From contig NZ_JAQYWQ010000014.1 of NCBI RefSeq assembly GCF_029379315.1, forward strand, positions 542 to 64,541: 64,000 nucleotides of DNA, read 5' to 3'. The position numbers and the translations under genes are program-made. This stretch comes from Nostoc sp. S13. GTDB taxonomy: Bacteria; Cyanobacteriota; Cyanobacteriia; Cyanobacteriales; Nostocaceae. Positions within the stretch are counted from its first letter, which is position 1, and every line of letters begins with the position of its first letter. This document shows positions 9,982 through 20,111 of this stretch, one piece after another. Under the pieces are notes generated by a model. It ran no database searches. It was not told where the DNA came from and saw only the letters and a list, made by a program, of their open reading frames with translations.

Positions 9982-12900
9982 ATGATGGTGAAAGTATCCA
10001 AAAAAATTTTGATGATGCGTCCTCGGTTACTAAGCTATGGTGTGATGATTCTGGCAGTCATAGCGGCGCTCTTAGTGACACGACTGTTGTTACCAGTCTT
10101 CGATCCGAGCGTATTTACATTATTTTATGCTGCCGTGGCAGTGAGCGCGTGGTATGGCGGCATGAGATTTGGAGTGCTAGCGATCGCCTTATCTGTTATA
10201 ACTGCCTTTTACTTTTTGATTGAGCCAGTCTACTCATTCAATATTGTTAGCCTGAGCATCTTGGTACGATTAACCACATTCTCACTAGTATCTTTCTTAA
10301 TTACTGCACTCTCTTCAGAGTTGCGAACAGCTAGAGGCAAGGCAGAGACAAGCCTGAAGTTGTTGCAAAATAGCGAAATGCGGTTTAGCCGACTGGCAGA
10401 ATCCAACATCATTGGGGTGATCCTAACTGATATGAACAACGGCTCGATCATCGAAGCCAATGATGCTTTTCTGAAGATGGTCGGCTATACACCAGAAGAT
10501 TTGTCCGCTAACCAAATCAACTGGCGTGAGATTACCCCACCTGAGTATCTTCTTTTAAGTGAGCGTTCAGTGGAAGAACTGAAAACTACCGGAGTATGTA
10601 AGCCCTTTGAGAAAGAATACATTCGTAAAAATGGCGATCGCATTCCTGTTCTGCTCGGTTCTGTGCTTGTGGGGGATACTCAAGAAACAGTCATTGGCTT
10701 CGTTGTTGATTTGAGCGAACGCCAACAAGCAAAAGCGGCATTACAGCAAGCCAATGAGCGGAACACACGCACTTTGGAAAACATGAGTGATGCATTTATT
10801 ACTTTAGACCGGGGTTGGCGAATCATCTACCAAAATGCGGAAGCAGAGCGAATTAACGGCAAACCCCGCATAGAGGTGATTGGTAAATCGCACTGGGATG
10901 AGTGGCCTCTATCACTAGGCACGAATGTAGAGCGCCAGTACCATCGAGCGATCGCAGAACAGATTACCGTCCACTTCGAGCATCACTACTACTTGCCGTC
11001 TAAGTATGACCTGTGGCTGGAGATTCACGCTTACCCTTGTGAAGATGGTCTTGACATTTTCTTCCGTGACATCAGCAAACGCAAGCAAGCAGAGAAGGCA
11101 GTCGAAGCAAGTGAGGAACGCCTGAGAAGTTTTGTGAAAGCAAATGTAGTTGGCATCCTCTTTGGTGATGTGAATGGGGCGATCACTGAAGCCAATGACG
11201 AGTTCTTGCGAATTGTCGGCTATACCCAGGAAGATATCCAGGCGGGGAGACTACGCTGGAGTGATATCACGCCCCCTGAGTACCATTATTTAGATGAACT
11301 GGCGATCGCCGAGGCAACAGCGAAAGGAAGCTGCACTCCCTATGAGAAGGAATGTATTCGCCAGGATGGTTCCAGTGTCCCGGTTGTAGTTGGCTATTCC
11401 ATGTTAGGAGAATCTCGGCAGAAATCAGTCGCACTCATTCTCGATATTAGTGATCTCAAACAAGCTAAAAAGGCGCTGAGTCAGAGTCAAGAGCAATTTC
11501 AAGCTTTTATGGACAATATTCCAGCCGCAGCATGGATTACGAATGCAGACGGACGTGTACTTTATCTCAGCCCAACTTATCTCAGCACATTTTATTTAGC
11601 AACAAATAAAGCGATTAATAAAAATATTATTGACCTATACCCAGCCGAAATCGCTCAACCCTTCCTCGATAATATTAGAATGGTTGTCGAGACAAATCAG
11701 GTTATTGAAACGATCGAATCTGCCCCCCGCACAGATGGCACCTTGGGGGAATTTTTGGTATATAAGTTTCCCATTGCCGATGCATCTGGGCAACGCCTGG
11801 TAGGAGGGGTTGCAGTTGACATCACCGAACGCGAACGCGCCCTTCGTGAACGCCAGCTTGCAGAAAAAGCCTTACAAGAGCGCAGTGAACGACTTAAACT
11901 GCTCTCTGAAACAACCAGCGATTTGCTTTCAACTGAGCGCCCTTTGGATTTAATGAACAGCTTGTTTAGCAAACTCTCGGCGCAGATGGATTTGCATTTT
12001 TACTTTCACTATCTAATTGATATACACGAAAATAAGCACAAACTTCGGTTAGTAGGTTGGAACGGCATTACTGATGAAGTATTTCAAGCAATTGAATACC
12101 TGGAATTTAATCAAGGGATGTGCGGACTAGTGGTGCAAGAACGCCATCAAATTGTCCTTAATGATGTGTTGCACTCTACCCATCCAAATGCTGAGATCAT
12201 CCAGACTTTGCGAATTACAGCCTATGCAGGTCAACCATTAATTGCTCAGGGAAAGCTGCTTGGTGTCCTTTCCTTTGCCAGTCGCACCCGTACCCACTTC
12301 ACTTCTGGGGAAATTGCTTTATTACAAGCAACCTCCGATCAGGTAGCGGTTGCTCTGGAACGCGCCGAGTTGATAGCTTCGTTACAGCAGCAAAAAGAGC
12401 AATTAATCCAAGCTAACCGGATCAAAGATGAATTTTTGGCAGTTCTTTCCCACGAACTTCGCACGCCGCTAAACCCGATTCTGGGATGGGCGAAGTTACT
12501 GCAAACTAAAAAGTATGATCAAGCAACCACCACTCGCGCTCTGGAAACCATTGAACGCAATGCCAAGCTTCAGACTCAACTAATTGAAGATTTGCTGGAT
12601 GTCTCTCGCATTTTGCAAGGTAAACTCAGCCTGAATATTGCTCCTGTGAATCTGGAAAGTGCGATCGCCGCAGCAATAGAAACTGTACGTCTAGCGGCTG
12701 AAGCCAAATCTATCAATTTGCAATTTACGATTTTAGACTTTACTGCGGAACGCTACGCGAACGGCTTCTCTACGAGAGGCTACGCAAACGCTCAGTCGAA
12801 CGATTTGGGATTAGAAAATTCTTATAGAAATTTAGAATCTATCGATTTTAATAAGGAATCTGACAATCTCAAATCCCAAATCCAAATTGGGCTGGAAGCA

Positions 12901-13758
12901 GATCAAAGGGGCGACCCAAAATTGCTAGTAACCGGTGATTCAAGTCGTTTGCAGCAAGTTATCTGGAATCTACTTTCCAATGCGATTAAGTTTACGCCCC
13001 CAGGTGGACAGGTAGAAATCAGTTTAGAGTCTATTGGTTCTCAGGTTCAACTTCAAGTTCGTGATACAGGTAAGGGAATTAACCCAGATTTTTTACCCTA
13101 TGTATTTGCCTACTTCCGACAAGCTGATGGTGCAACTACCAGGAAATACGGCGGACTGGGATTAGGATTAGCTATTGTTCGTCACATCGTAGAACTACAT
13201 GGCGGCACAGTTAAGGCAGAAAGTTTGGGCGAAGAACAGGGAGCAACCTTTACAGTCATGCTACCACTGATCAAGATTCATCTAAATAGCCAGAAAATTG
13301 ATAGACAACCTGATGATTTTGCTGATCTAAAAGGGGTAAAGGTTCTGCTTGTGGATGATGAGCAGGATACGCGAGAGTTAATTGCTTTCATTTTGGAGCA
13401 GTCTGGCGCGGAAGTAATCCAGGCAGAATCGGCTGTGGAAGCACTACGAGTTATGCCTCAGTTCCAGCCAAATCTGCTGTTAAGCGACATTGGAATGCCG
13501 GAAGTAGACGGCTATATGTTGATGCGTCAAATCAGAGCCATGTTACCAGAACTTGGAGGGAAAATTCCCGCGATCGCCCTGACAGCTTACGCAGCTGAGG
13601 TTGATTACCAACAGGCAATTGCTGCCGGATTTGGTCAGCATATCACCAAGCCTGTGGAACCAGCTAAATTAATTCGAGCGATCGCTAACCTGATTTGTAG
13701 TTGTAGCGATCTGAAAACTAACTTACAACCCTTGGAAGCTCGAAAAAGACATAATTAA
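9982..13758 (+). CDS. Hybrid sensor histidine kinase (TM sensor, multiple PAS, GAF, HisKA, HATPase, receiver)
   Basis: H-box FLAVLSHELRTPLNPILGW, N-box QVIWNLLSNAIKFT, G-boxes DTGKGI and GGLGLGL, receiver LLVDDE...LLSDIGMP. Confidence 0.95.
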   Translation: MMVKVSKKILMMRPRLLSYGVMILAVIAALLVTRLLLPVFDPSVFTLFYAAVAVSAWYGGMRFGVLAIALSVITAFYFLIEPVYSFNIVSLSILVRLTTFSLVSFLITALSSELRTARGKAETSLKLLQNSEMRFSRLAESNIIGVILTDMNNGSIIEANDAFLKMVGYTPEDLSANQINWREITPPEYLLLSERSVEELKTTGVCKPFEKEYIRKNGDRIPVLLGSVLVGDTQETVIGFVVDLSERQQAKAALQQANERNTRTLENMSDAFITLDRGWRIIYQNAEAERINGKPRIEVIGKSHWDEWPLSLGTNVERQYHRAIAEQITVHFEHHYYLPSKYDLWLEIHAYPCEDGLDIFFRDISKRKQAEKAVEASEERLRSFVKANVVGILFGDVNGAITEANDEFLRIVGYTQEDIQAGRLRWSDITPPEYHYLDELAIAEATAKGSCTPYEKECIRQDGSSVPVVVGYSMLGESRQKSVALILDISDLKQAKKALSQSQEQFQAFMDNIPAAAWITNADGRVLYLSPTYLSTFYLATNKAINKNIIDLYPAEIAQPFLDNIRMVVETNQVIETIESAPRTDGTLGEFLVYKFPIADASGQRLVGGVAVDITERERALRERQLAEKALQERSERLKLLSETTSDLLSTERPLDLMNSLFSKLSAQMDLHFYFHYLIDIHENKHKLRLVGWNGITDEVFQAIEYLEFNQGMCGLVVQERHQIVLNDVLHSTHPNAEIIQTLRITAYAGQPLIAQGKLLGVLSFASRTRTHFTSGEIALLQATSDQVAVALERAELIASLQQQKEQLIQANRIKDEFLAVLSHELRTPLNPILGWAKLLQTKKYDQATTTRALETIERNAKLQTQLIEDLLDVSRILQGKLSLNIAPVNLESAIAAAIETVRLAAEAKSINLQFTILDFTAERYANGFSTRGYANAQSNDLGLENSYRNLESIDFNKESDNLKSQIQIGLEADQRGDPKLLVTGDSSRLQQVIWNLLSNAIKFTPPGGQVEISLESIGSQVQLQVRDTGKGINPDFLPYVFAYFRQADGATTRKYGGLGLGLAIVRHIVELHGGTVKAESLGEEQGATFTVMLPLIKIHLNSQKIDRQPDDFADLKGVKVLLVDDEQDTRELIAFILEQSGAEVIQAESAVEALRVMPQFQPNLLLSDIGMPEVDGYMLMRQIRAMLPELGGKIPAIALTAYAAEVDYQQAIAAGFGQHITKPVEPAKLIRAIANLICSCSDLKTNLQPLEARKRHN
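12743..12801. repeat. Nested small dispersed repeats in frame inside the kinase
   Basis: gaacgctacgcgaacggcttctctacgagaggctacgcaaacgctcagtcgaac lies within a roughly 55-aa extra segment between HisKA and HATPase. Confidence 0.6.
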
Positions 13759-13826
13759 CTCAGAGACCAATGGCACCCTTGACAAGCCAAAACACTTGTG
13801 TTTAAGCAATGACAAATGACAAATAA

Positions 13827-14378
13827 CTAATTTTGAGAATTTACTTCAATTTTGCTTAACCAAATCACTAAGTCATCTGCATGAATTTCGATCTCATTTC
13901 CTAAAGTTTTGACATACAGAAGTCCATCACTAATGATTAAATCTCTGATTGGATACCATGAATCTCTTGTCTGGATTAAAAGATCCGATTGAATTCCTAG
14001 TTGTAAAGCATTCTTGCGATATTTCCACCAAGCTCGCCATAAAAGGACAGATTTAGTACATTGCAACCTATAGTTTTTAGGGATTTGGCAATATTGATAG
14101 TGATAGAAACCATGACTATCGATGTTTCCTTTAAGCAGATAATGGGATTCTGGTAAAGCCTGATTTAGTAATTCCCAATGGGATGAGTGGGACAAAACTA
14201 AGAATTCAGTTAGCGGCGTATTTAGTTGGACAGTAGCAATTACACCTTCAGCCTTTGTTGCCAAATTGCTAATGTTATGAACTGTTTGTGCTGTTAAAGA
14301 ACGATTTGCCAATAAAATATCTTTTTTCTGGATAGAGTTGCTTACAAATTCTCGAACTAAATCTAAATTTGACAACAT
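13827..14378 (-). CDS. Conserved cyanobacterial hypothetical protein
   Basis: 183-aa ORF with LLWRAWWKY and WYPIRDL motifs. Confidence 0.7.
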   Translation of the reverse strand: MLSNLDLVREFVSNSIQKKDILLANRSLTAQTVHNISNLATKAEGVIATVQLNTPLTEFLVLSHSSHWELLNQALPESHYLLKGNIDSHGFYHYQYCQIPKNYRLQCTKSVLLWRAWWKYRKNALQLGIQSDLLIQTRDSWYPIRDLIISDGLLYVKTLGNEIEIHADDLVIWLSKIEVNSQN

Positions 14379-14902
14379 AAAATTATTTATACTAAATCAA
14401 CTAGTGTTGTAATTTATCTAACACTCTGTAGATTAGTAAATACACTGCTGTTGTCCGTAAATCCGGATACTTTTTCAAATCGCCATAAATCTTGCTCTTT
14501 TATTCTTTAAAATTAGGAAATCCGTTGGAAAGTTTCTATGATTCAGCTTTTTCAAACCTAATCAGAAAGCAGTTTTCAAAATTGGCTTTGTTATTTAGTC
14601 CAAACCTTATTTGCAATAAGCTAAGAATTTAACGGATTTTCCTAAGGTTTATTGAGAATATGATTTTCGGATTTTTTTGCAACCTGTTATATGACAATAG
14701 TTTGAGTCATTTTCGCCTGACCTGAATCTTTACAAATTTTCGATATACTATCACTGCTAATCTCGTGGTTTTGCGCTTGATATTCCTTGTATCTTTTTTT
14801 CTTTAACGCACTATCAAATGTAGGGGCGTATTGCTACGAGGGGATATTTTTTTAAGGAACTTCCAAAAAATAAATCATCCCAAATTATGTATACATTTGT
14901 AA

Positions 14903-15061
14903 CTGCCTATTGCAATACGCGCAGCAATCAACTCACCTGGTGTAGTCTACCAGCCTACACTGGATCGAATTTCGACTTTTGTAGTAGGAAGTAACGGTCA
15001 TCTATATGACAAGTTTTATAACGGTAGTCAATGGGTATGGGAAGACCAGGGAACGCCATAG
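14903..15061 (+). pseudogene. Isolated beta-propeller lectin-like blade (fucose-lectin/PLL-type repeat), no start codon
   Basis: Translates SPGVVYQPTLDRISTFVVGSNGHLYDKFYNGSQWVWEDQGTP*; the frame is closed upstream by TAA at 14900. Confidence 0.6.
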
Positions 15062-15378
15062 GAAAATAAACACTGCTAGGTGCAATTAGTTCTCGGTGTA
15101 GTCCTGGGTTTTTACAGAAAGGCTAATTTGCCTAAACTTTTTTTGAATACTTCCCCTCAAAATAGAAGAAGCTAGTTCTTCAACAGATATTTCTTTTAAA
15201 GCAGCAGCTTTGATTAGAGATTCTTGAGTTTGCTGACTGATGTAAATATTAATTAGTACCAATCATTTTCCACTCTCTCTACTTTTTTAGATGATATCAA
15301 ACATCATCAGCAAAAATTTTAGTGATGTAATGTTGGCTTTCCTAACTCTAATCAACTGACGAGATCAGCGATCGCTTC

Positions 15379-16584
15379 TTAAGTAGAAACTACAGCTTCA
15401 GGTTGATAGCGAATGCCAGCTTGCTTGAAGCGATGTAAAGCTTCACCCAAGCGATCGCAATCGGCAATCAAACTGATCCTGACATAACCCTCACCTGCAA
15501 CTCCAAAAGCATTACCTGGAGTCAGGACAACGCCTGTTTGCTGCAACACGTTCAGGGCAAAATCTGTGGAACCAACGCCAACGGGACACTTAACCCAAAG
15601 ATACATTGTCGCCTTGGTTTTGGGGATATCCCAACCCAACTCTCCTAATCCTTGAATCAGGAAATCGCGGCGGGTACGGTAGCGTTGTTGTACCTCGTGC
15701 AAATACACATCTGGCAGTTGTAAAGCTGTTTCAGCTGCTGTTTGTAATGCTGCAAAAATGCCGTAATCCAAGTTAGTTTTCAGCGTCCGCAAACCTTGAA
15801 TTACATGGCGATTACCCACCACAAACCCAACGCGCCAACCAGCCATATTGTAGGTTTTAGATAAGGTGTGAAATTCCACACCAATATCTTTCGCGCCAGG
15901 AATTTCTAACAAGCTAGTGGGTTGATAACCATCAAAAGCTAACTCGGCGTAACACAAGTCATGCACCAACAAAATTTCATATTTATGGGCGAAAGCGACG
16001 ATTTCTTCAAAAAATTCGCGGGGTGCGGTAGCAGCAGTGGGATTGCTGGGATAGTTAAAATAGAGAATTTTAGCTTGTTTAGCAACCTCATCAGGAATCG
16101 CAGCTAAATCAATTAACCAGTCATTTTCTGGTTTAAGAATCAAACTGTGGATTTTGCCGCCAGCGATCGCCGGGCCGCGAAAATGGGCGGGATAAGCTGG
16201 GGAAGGAACCAGAACTAAATCACCAGGGTTAACGTAGGCGATCGCTAAATGGGTTAATCCTTCTTTAGAACCCAGTAACGGTAAAGCTTCACTATCAGGA
16301 TCGAGAACCACACCATAACGGCGATGATACCAGTTGGTGATTGCACGGCGGAAACTAGCAGTCCCTTCAAAAGGAGGATAACCATGATTAGCGGGATCTT
16401 TCAAGGCTGCGATCGCCGCTTCTACCACTGGTGCTGGTGTTGCACCATCGGGATTTCCCATACCCAAATCAATTAAATCTAACCCTTGTTCCCGCGCTTT
16501 AGCTTTCAGTTCATCTAAACGGGCAAATACATAAGGTGGCAGTTTTTGTATGCGTTCTGCTGGCACTATCCAATTTAAACTCAT
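15379..16584 (-). CDS. Class I/II PLP-dependent aminotransferase (AspC/DapL-like)
   Basis: NYPSNPT, HDLCY and SKTYNMAGWRVG PLP-lysine motif. Confidence 0.9.
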   Translation of the reverse strand: MSLNWIVPAERIQKLPPYVFARLDELKAKAREQGLDLIDLGMGNPDGATPAPVVEAAIAALKDPANHGYPPFEGTASFRRAITNWYHRRYGVVLDPDSEALPLLGSKEGLTHLAIAYVNPGDLVLVPSPAYPAHFRGPAIAGGKIHSLILKPENDWLIDLAAIPDEVAKQAKILYFNYPSNPTAATAPREFFEEIVAFAHKYEILLVHDLCYAELAFDGYQPTSLLEIPGAKDIGVEFHTLSKTYNMAGWRVGFVVGNRHVIQGLRTLKTNLDYGIFAALQTAAETALQLPDVYLHEVQQRYRTRRDFLIQGLGELGWDIPKTKATMYLWVKCPVGVGSTDFALNVLQQTGVVLTPGNAFGVAGEGYVRISLIADCDRLGEALHRFKQAGIRYQPEAVVST

Positions 16585-17846
16585 AAAACCTCGTCACAAA
16601 TTCCCTTGGGCGAAACTCGATTTATAAGGCTGCGCCGTGCGGAGGTTCCCGACGCTCGATGACTCGCTACCGCTTCGCTATCCGTTGAGGCGACTGCGGT
16701 AGTATCTCTACTATCTATAGGTGCAGTGGTAGAAACCATTGCCGCCATCAACTGTTCTGGCGCGACTTTAAATGGTAGTCGATGGATGTCAGAATTAGGA
16801 ACTAGAGCAATCTCAGTCGCTGTTTGCAACTCGCCTAATGTGATGTTGCCCAATCCCAAATCAGTTAATTTTTGGGGTAGTCCAATTTCTGTGTAGAACT
16901 TTAACAACTGTTGTCGTGCTGATGCTGCTAGTTGATTGCCTTGTAGCATTTCTTCTAAACGCAGTTGTACCAAAATTCCAAAAGCAACCTTTTCGCCATG
17001 AATACTGCCATGTCCCGAAATGTGCGTTAAACCATTATGCACCGCATGGGCAGCAACTGTGCGACACTGCGCCCCTCCAAGTCCCCCAACGACGCCAGCG
17101 AGTAAAACAGTAGCGTCTACGACTTCTCGCCAAACTTCACTACCTGGTTCTTTGGTGGCGGCGGCTGACTTTTGCAAGAGGATATCTCGCAAAACTCGTG
17201 CTTGTTGTACCGCAGCAATAATTAAAGTGTCTTGCAAATGCCCACTGCTAACTGAAGCTTCATACCACTTAGCGATCGCATCACCAATTCCAGCTACTAA
17301 AGTACGTTGTGGTGCAGTTTTAATCAAGTCATAATCGAGTATCAGTAAATCGGGACATCTAGACAGCCCCACATCGTAAAGAAACGCCCCATCTTCAGAA
17401 TAAACATTCGACAAGGCACTCCAAGCTGCACACGTAGCCCCTGAAGTCGGAATTGTCACCACTGGCAACTGTAACTGCTGCGCGACTAATTTCGCTGTAT
17501 CTAGGGCTTTGCCACCACCAATACCGATAATTACATCAGCTTTATGTTCTTTTGCAGTCTTCTGTAAAGATTTCAGGCTAGCTTCGCAGCAATCTGCACC
17601 ATAAGTAGCTTGGGCAGTATGTAACTGTTGCGTTTCTAAAAATGGTTGCAAATTTTGTTGGCTGATGGTGAGAGTAGACTCACCTGCCACAATTAAGGGA
17701 CGACTTCCCAAACAGGCGATCTCTGCTGCGGCTGCTTGCAACACCCCAGAACCACGGATTACTTTTGCTGGGGCAACTGTGAGCGTAAATAATGGACTAG
17801 AGGTTTGAGTAGACAAAGAAGGTTTAGTAGAAAATTTATTGGGCAT
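16581..17846 (-). CDS. Iron-containing alcohol/glycerol dehydrogenase family protein
   Basis: GIGGGKALD, PTSGAT, AAHAVHNGL and HGEKVAFG motifs; start placed at MPNK (17846) rather than the track's 17885. Confidence 0.85.
   Translation of the reverse strand: MPNKFSTKPSLSTQTSSPLFTLTVAPAKVIRGSGVLQAAAAEIACLGSRPLIVAGESTLTISQQNLQPFLETQQLHTAQATYGADCCEASLKSLQKTAKEHKADVIIGIGGGKALDTAKLVAQQLQLPVVTIPTSGATCAAWSALSNVYSEDGAFLYDVGLSRCPDLLILDYDLIKTAPQRTLVAGIGDAIAKWYEASVSSGHLQDTLIIAAVQQARVLRDILLQKSAAATKEPGSEVWREVVDATVLLAGVVGGLGGAQCRTVAAHAVHNGLTHISGHGSIHGEKVAFGILVQLRLEEMLQGNQLAASARQQLLKFYTEIGLPQKLTDLGLGNITLGELQTATEIALVPNSDIHRLPFKVAPEQLMAAMVSTTAPIDSRDTTAVASTDSEAVASHRASGTSARRSLINRVSPKGICDEVL
16625..16705. repeat. 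Composite small dispersed repeat in frame near the dehydrogenase C-terminus
   Basis: Contains gctacCGCTTCGCTA / GACTCGCTACC motif shared with 22645-22666; encodes the low-complexity TTAVASTDSEAVASHRASGTSARRS. Confidence 0.6.
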
Positions 17847-18264
17847 ATAATCTAGTTTGCCAAAACCTTGATATTTTTTAATCAAATAGACTGGTGATCA
17901 GGGACACTTGTTGCCAAGCTCGTTTTTGGATGGTTCCAACCTTCCACCCGGCTGATCTGGATTTGAGCCAAGCAATGAATTAGACAAAGCCTGTTGCCGA
18001 CTGATTGAGTAGTTTGACGACGTTGCTTGAATCTATGATGCCCATTCACCTAAAATTCCGAAGTATCAAAGTTTTGAATAACCGTATATTTAATTAACAT
18101 TACCATTGTCACATTCTCAAGAAAAGCTATCGAGAATTGATTATGTGTAGATGGTCAAAATAAATGTTGTCATTCTGAATAAAAGGTAAATTATTTTGTC
18201 CTGTGAGATCAGGCAGAGGGAATAAGGAGAAACTTGTACAATAATTCCCCCTGTCCCCTGCTTC

Positions 18265-18786
18265 TTAAGCGGTGGGTTTTGGCAATTGGGCGAAATTAGC
18301 TGTATAAATTTCGACTGTGATTGGGGAATTTTGATGAGAAACGAGCGATCGCTTGACCTCACCCAAGTAAACTGGTACAGAAATCCCTGGTTCCGGGTGG
18401 ATAATGGTACGGGCGCGAACTGTCAACTTGTCGTCTTGTTGTGTACCTGAGCGACCATAAGAAAACAGATTACTAGTTGCTTGACGTAGAGTTGCTTCTA
18501 ATTGTGTGGGTGTAATTTGGGGTGATGTGGCAATCACCGCTTGTGTTGACCCATTGTCATAAACTAGAGTGTACCGGACTGCTCCGGGAATCACAGTCCG
18601 ACTCAAGGGGACTATCGAGAGTGCAAATAAACCACCCGTCAGCACCAGCATAAAGCCAGTTGTACCCACTAGCCGAAAACGGATGCCCCATTTGAGAATA
18701 AAAGCCAAAACTGTTAAGGCAGCAAATACCAAGGTAGCGATACCTGACCATTGGGTGTACTGAAGAAAGTTAGCTGTTGTGAGCAT
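18265..18786 (-). CDS. ycf51: Ycf51 family protein
   Basis: WGIRFRLVGTTGF and VYDNG...QA..NLFSYGR motifs. Confidence 0.8.
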   Translation of the reverse strand: MLTTANFLQYTQWSGIATLVFAALTVLAFILKWGIRFRLVGTTGFMLVLTGGLFALSIVPLSRTVIPGAVRYTLVYDNGSTQAVIATSPQITPTQLEATLRQATSNLFSYGRSGTQQDDKLTVRARTIIHPEPGISVPVYLGEVKRSLVSHQNSPITVEIYTANFAQLPKPTA

Positions 18787-18863
18787 AAGGTTGGTTATGG
18801 AGGCGTCTTTTTTTCGTTACCGACACACCTATTTTACCGAGAGCTTACACCATAAGGGTTATC

Positions 18864-19060
18864 GTTCAAAATTCAAAATTCAAAATTGTTCGTGTGCTCA
18901 CTGAGTTTTGCCGAAGTGCAACGTCTCGTAGAGAAGAGAGTTTCAGACTGGGATTTAAGCCCCGACTGTAGCTTGCTTCTCGTAGGGTAACTGAGCCGAG
19001 TCGAAGCCACTCCGCCTCCAAGCTAAGTGTTAACGTTGCGGGTCTTCAAACCTTTAATTT
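18864..19060. repeat. Intergenic STRR (caaaatt)n plus stacked small repeats
   Basis: (ttcaaaa)x3 followed by GC-rich blocks resembling other dispersed repeats in the window (cgtagagaag, actgagccgagtcg). Confidence 0.5.
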
Positions 19061-19104
19061 ACGATACCTAAAATTGGTATTACTTTTCCAAATTCCTCAG
19101 TTAT

Positions 19105-19623
19105 TCAGAACAGTATTGATTCACCAGAGCCGATATGATAATTTTTAGATGTCTGCAACCTAGTTTGAACACTATCAATGATTGCCAGCCAATCAGCATC
19201 TCTGTTCCATTCAGAGCGAATTCTCGTTTTAGTCGCAGCGTCGTAAAGACTGCAAAAAACCACATTCTCGTTTCCAGCAATGGGAGCGATAATCAGGGGC
19301 TTGGAAAAGTCTTGAACTAGTGATACAGCTAAAAGGAAACTTTTAGCAAAGTTCGTTTCTATCCCAGTCCTGACAACATAAATTTCATCCGATCTCACAA
19401 TGATGTCTAATTTAATGTTGTCCCTTCCCCTAAATTCTGTCGTTTTTAATTTCAGTTCAGATATATACCCAGTTAGCCCTGTTTGTTGTACAGGAATAGT
19501 TTGATTATTATTGATATCGTACTTATACCACAGGTAAGATTCCCCGTTTAATTCTCCGCTTTTCACATATAAATAAATAGGTTCTGGCGGGTTACAAAGA
19601 CCTAGTTTAATTTCAGCAATCAT
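19105..19623 (-). CDS. Hypothetical protein
   Basis: 172-aa ORF, beta-rich pattern; no recognised function. Confidence 0.65.
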   Translation of the reverse strand: MIAEIKLGLCNPPEPIYLYVKSGELNGESYLWYKYDINNNQTIPVQQTGLTGYISELKLKTTEFRGRDNIKLDIIVRSDEIYVVRTGIETNFAKSFLLAVSLVQDFSKPLIIAPIAGNENVVFCSLYDAATKTRIRSEWNRDADWLAIIDSVQTRLQTSKNYHIGSGESILF

Positions 19624-20111
19624 GCTTGATGTTCCTTTATGAAAAATAAAAGTTTTTCAGATATTACGTCAAATTGAATATTTTTTAAAATCCTGCTTAA
19701 CTGAAGAAAAATAATAAATATATAAAAGGGCATCTACAATAGATGCCCGTCATGCAGGAAAAACTTAAAGTTCTCCCTACACCTTCCCAACAATCAGCAA
19801 CTGTGACTAATTAAGTATTAGTCACGCTGTATAGTAATATTATTTACTTAAAAAATTAAATTGTCCTGAGTGTATACACTGAAAACCAAATAATGGCTAT
19901 TCTCAATGCCTAACTGACTAATTCGACAGAGCATATAGTGTCCACCTAATTAGTTAGCTCAATCAAAAGACCACTAAGGTGAATTCTAGTAATAAAATTA
20001 CCATAACCGTTGGTTTCGACAACATAGGTATTTTTTTCATCAGAAATCACCTAAGAGGTTTTACTAGGCAAAACGTCCCTCTGCGAATCGGAGAGGTTCG
20101 TCGAGTTCACG

